From positions 19,738,831 through 19,802,830 of the forward strand of contig NC_068993.1 in the NCBI RefSeq assembly GCF_001194135.2: a stretch of DNA of 64,000 nt. Direction: 5' to 3'. The first letter of the stretch is position 1. The number at the start of each line of letters is the position of its first letter. The position numbers were made by a program, and so were the translations under genes. Of the stretch, positions 62,601 through 64,000 are shown piece by piece. This stretch comes from Octopus bimaculoides. Lineage: Eukaryota. Under the pieces are notes generated by a model. It was not told the DNA's origin. It ran no database searches and saw only the letters and a program-made list of their open reading frames with translations.

Positions 62601-64000
62601 GTTTCTTTATTAGCCACACCATATAGGGCCGAACACGGAGGGAACAAAATACAATGTAGAGCTTTTCTTTTCGAAACTAGAAAAAAGGAAAAAAAAAAAT
62701 TCCGATCAAAAGGGATTGTGGGAAAAAAAACGATCAAAAGGGAATTTTTAAAAGTGTAAAAAGCAAGATTAGGTTTATCCGTGGAAAGAAAAGCCTACGG
62801 AAAAGACCACGTTAACCCCAAGCAGGGAGAGAATAAACACATGAGAGCAAAGTGCTCTCTCTTTCTCTCTCTTTTCGATTTGCAAGCTCATGCTCAAAGT
62901 AGTTTCGTCACTCACACGCACCAATTTTGCTACATTCACCCACCTTTCATTGAAACTTTCACGAGACAAAACTTGCCTCTCTATTCTCACCTTCCTTTTC
63001 AAGTGGTACTTAAAAAAGTTGACGAGCGATTGGCCAGAGAGGTAAGTTTTTGTCTCTAAACCTTTCGCTCGAGTCCACCACACACATTCTTTCACCGTCG
63101 CCACCAGTACGATGAAGACTGCCTTGCCTTCCCAGTTAAGGGAAGGTGGTGGAGCAATTTTCACGATAGACTCGGCCGACAGTCGGATTCGTCCCACACG
63201 TGACTGCTGCCGTTCGGCATAAGCCCACGGTTCCGAAATGGTTGGACACTGCATGAGTGCGTGCAGAACGGTTTCGTCGCTCTGACCGCATCTCGGGCAA
63301 GTCAGTCCAGTGTGTCTCGAACCGTACCTATAGAGCTTATCCCGAACAGGTAATGCTTCTCGATAGCACTGCCAGGCCAGGGATCTTTGGTGATTGACAA
63401 TAGGTCCCGGCTCGAAAGTTGTCCTGAACAGGCTGGTCAGATGTTCCTCGTCGACGCTCAGATTCTGCCCAAGAACGTCGTCGCACCTCCCCTCCACTAG
63501 TCCTCTATATAATGCCTTTGTGTAATTGAAATCGCACATGTTTGGTCCCAGACGGTAGAGTTGTTTGAGAGCAAGGCGGCACTCACGGTGCCATTCGCCT
63601 AGCCTCGGTCTCTGTTCGATCCACGACTGCAGTTCGGCCAAAGAGACGAGCTGCAGGAAAGCGCGCCGCACAAACGGCGATCACACCTGTTAACCGTTGT
63701 TTATGAAGCGCCGGAGATGTCGCAGTCTCAGCACATGTCTGCACATCATCAACCACGGCATGCCTACCCATCCATTTAGCATGTGTTGACAGAAAATGGA
63801 TCGCCTAACCATACGAACGCTTCCCTTCCGCAAAAAGCTGAAGAGTATGCGTTCCAGTTTGGTGATGGTAAAGTCGGAACAAGGCACGACAGTCAGACGG
63901 TAATCGATGACGGACACGATGTACGTGTTTGCCACCTCCGCCCGACCTTTTAGGGATAGCTTCCTCTCGGCCCGTTGTTGGGTGAGAGTGGCTACCCTAG
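62600..64000 (-). mobile_element. Tx1-clade (L1 group) non-LTR retrotransposon: ORF2 C-terminal part and 3' UTR, continuing beyond the window
   Basis: RKLSLKGRAEVANTYIVSVIDYRLTVVPC...KLERILFSFL.KG...GMPWL (RT thumb) and SLAWQCYREALPVRDKL...TCPRCGQSDETVLHALMQC (zf-RVT); frameshift near 63690; AATAAA (minus) at 62606-62611. Confidence 0.85.

Noticed and set aside
62775-63671. 298-aa ORF as a host zinc-finger gene
   Set aside because: It is the frameshifted C-terminus of a Tx1-like LINE ORF2 (zf-RVT) that follows the RT thumb.

Overview
AT-rich eukaryotic scaffold with about 19 N-gaps (roughly 6 kb), almost all abutting (TA)n or (CA)n tracts. The SINE families look like those I recall from Octopus genomes; this is inference from memory, not a search. 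I cannot support any intact host gene, tRNA, rRNA or CRISPR array, and most entries in the ORF track are microsatellite or N-gap artefacts. The window is a graveyard of transposable elements: at least five Penelope-like (PLE) RT/GIY-YIG fragments plus PLE-type terminal repeats, R4/Dong-like, CR1-like and Tx1-like LINE pieces, two mariner relics, a long ZMYM1/DUF4371-type hAT transposase fossil, MITE/foldback elements and four tRNA-derived SINE families (labelled A-D here). Three patterns stand out. (1) Several hammerhead-ribozyme-like folds with non-canonical cores lie in PLE-type terminal repeats; the best is at 54317-54377 (minus strand). (2) PLE material sits inside split copies of SINE-B in three places. 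(3) A Tx1-like LINE ends directly in a (GATA)n array, while SINE-A and a Dong-like LINE sit in (ATT)n. All family assignments come from manual translation and motif recognition, and most element boundaries are approximate.
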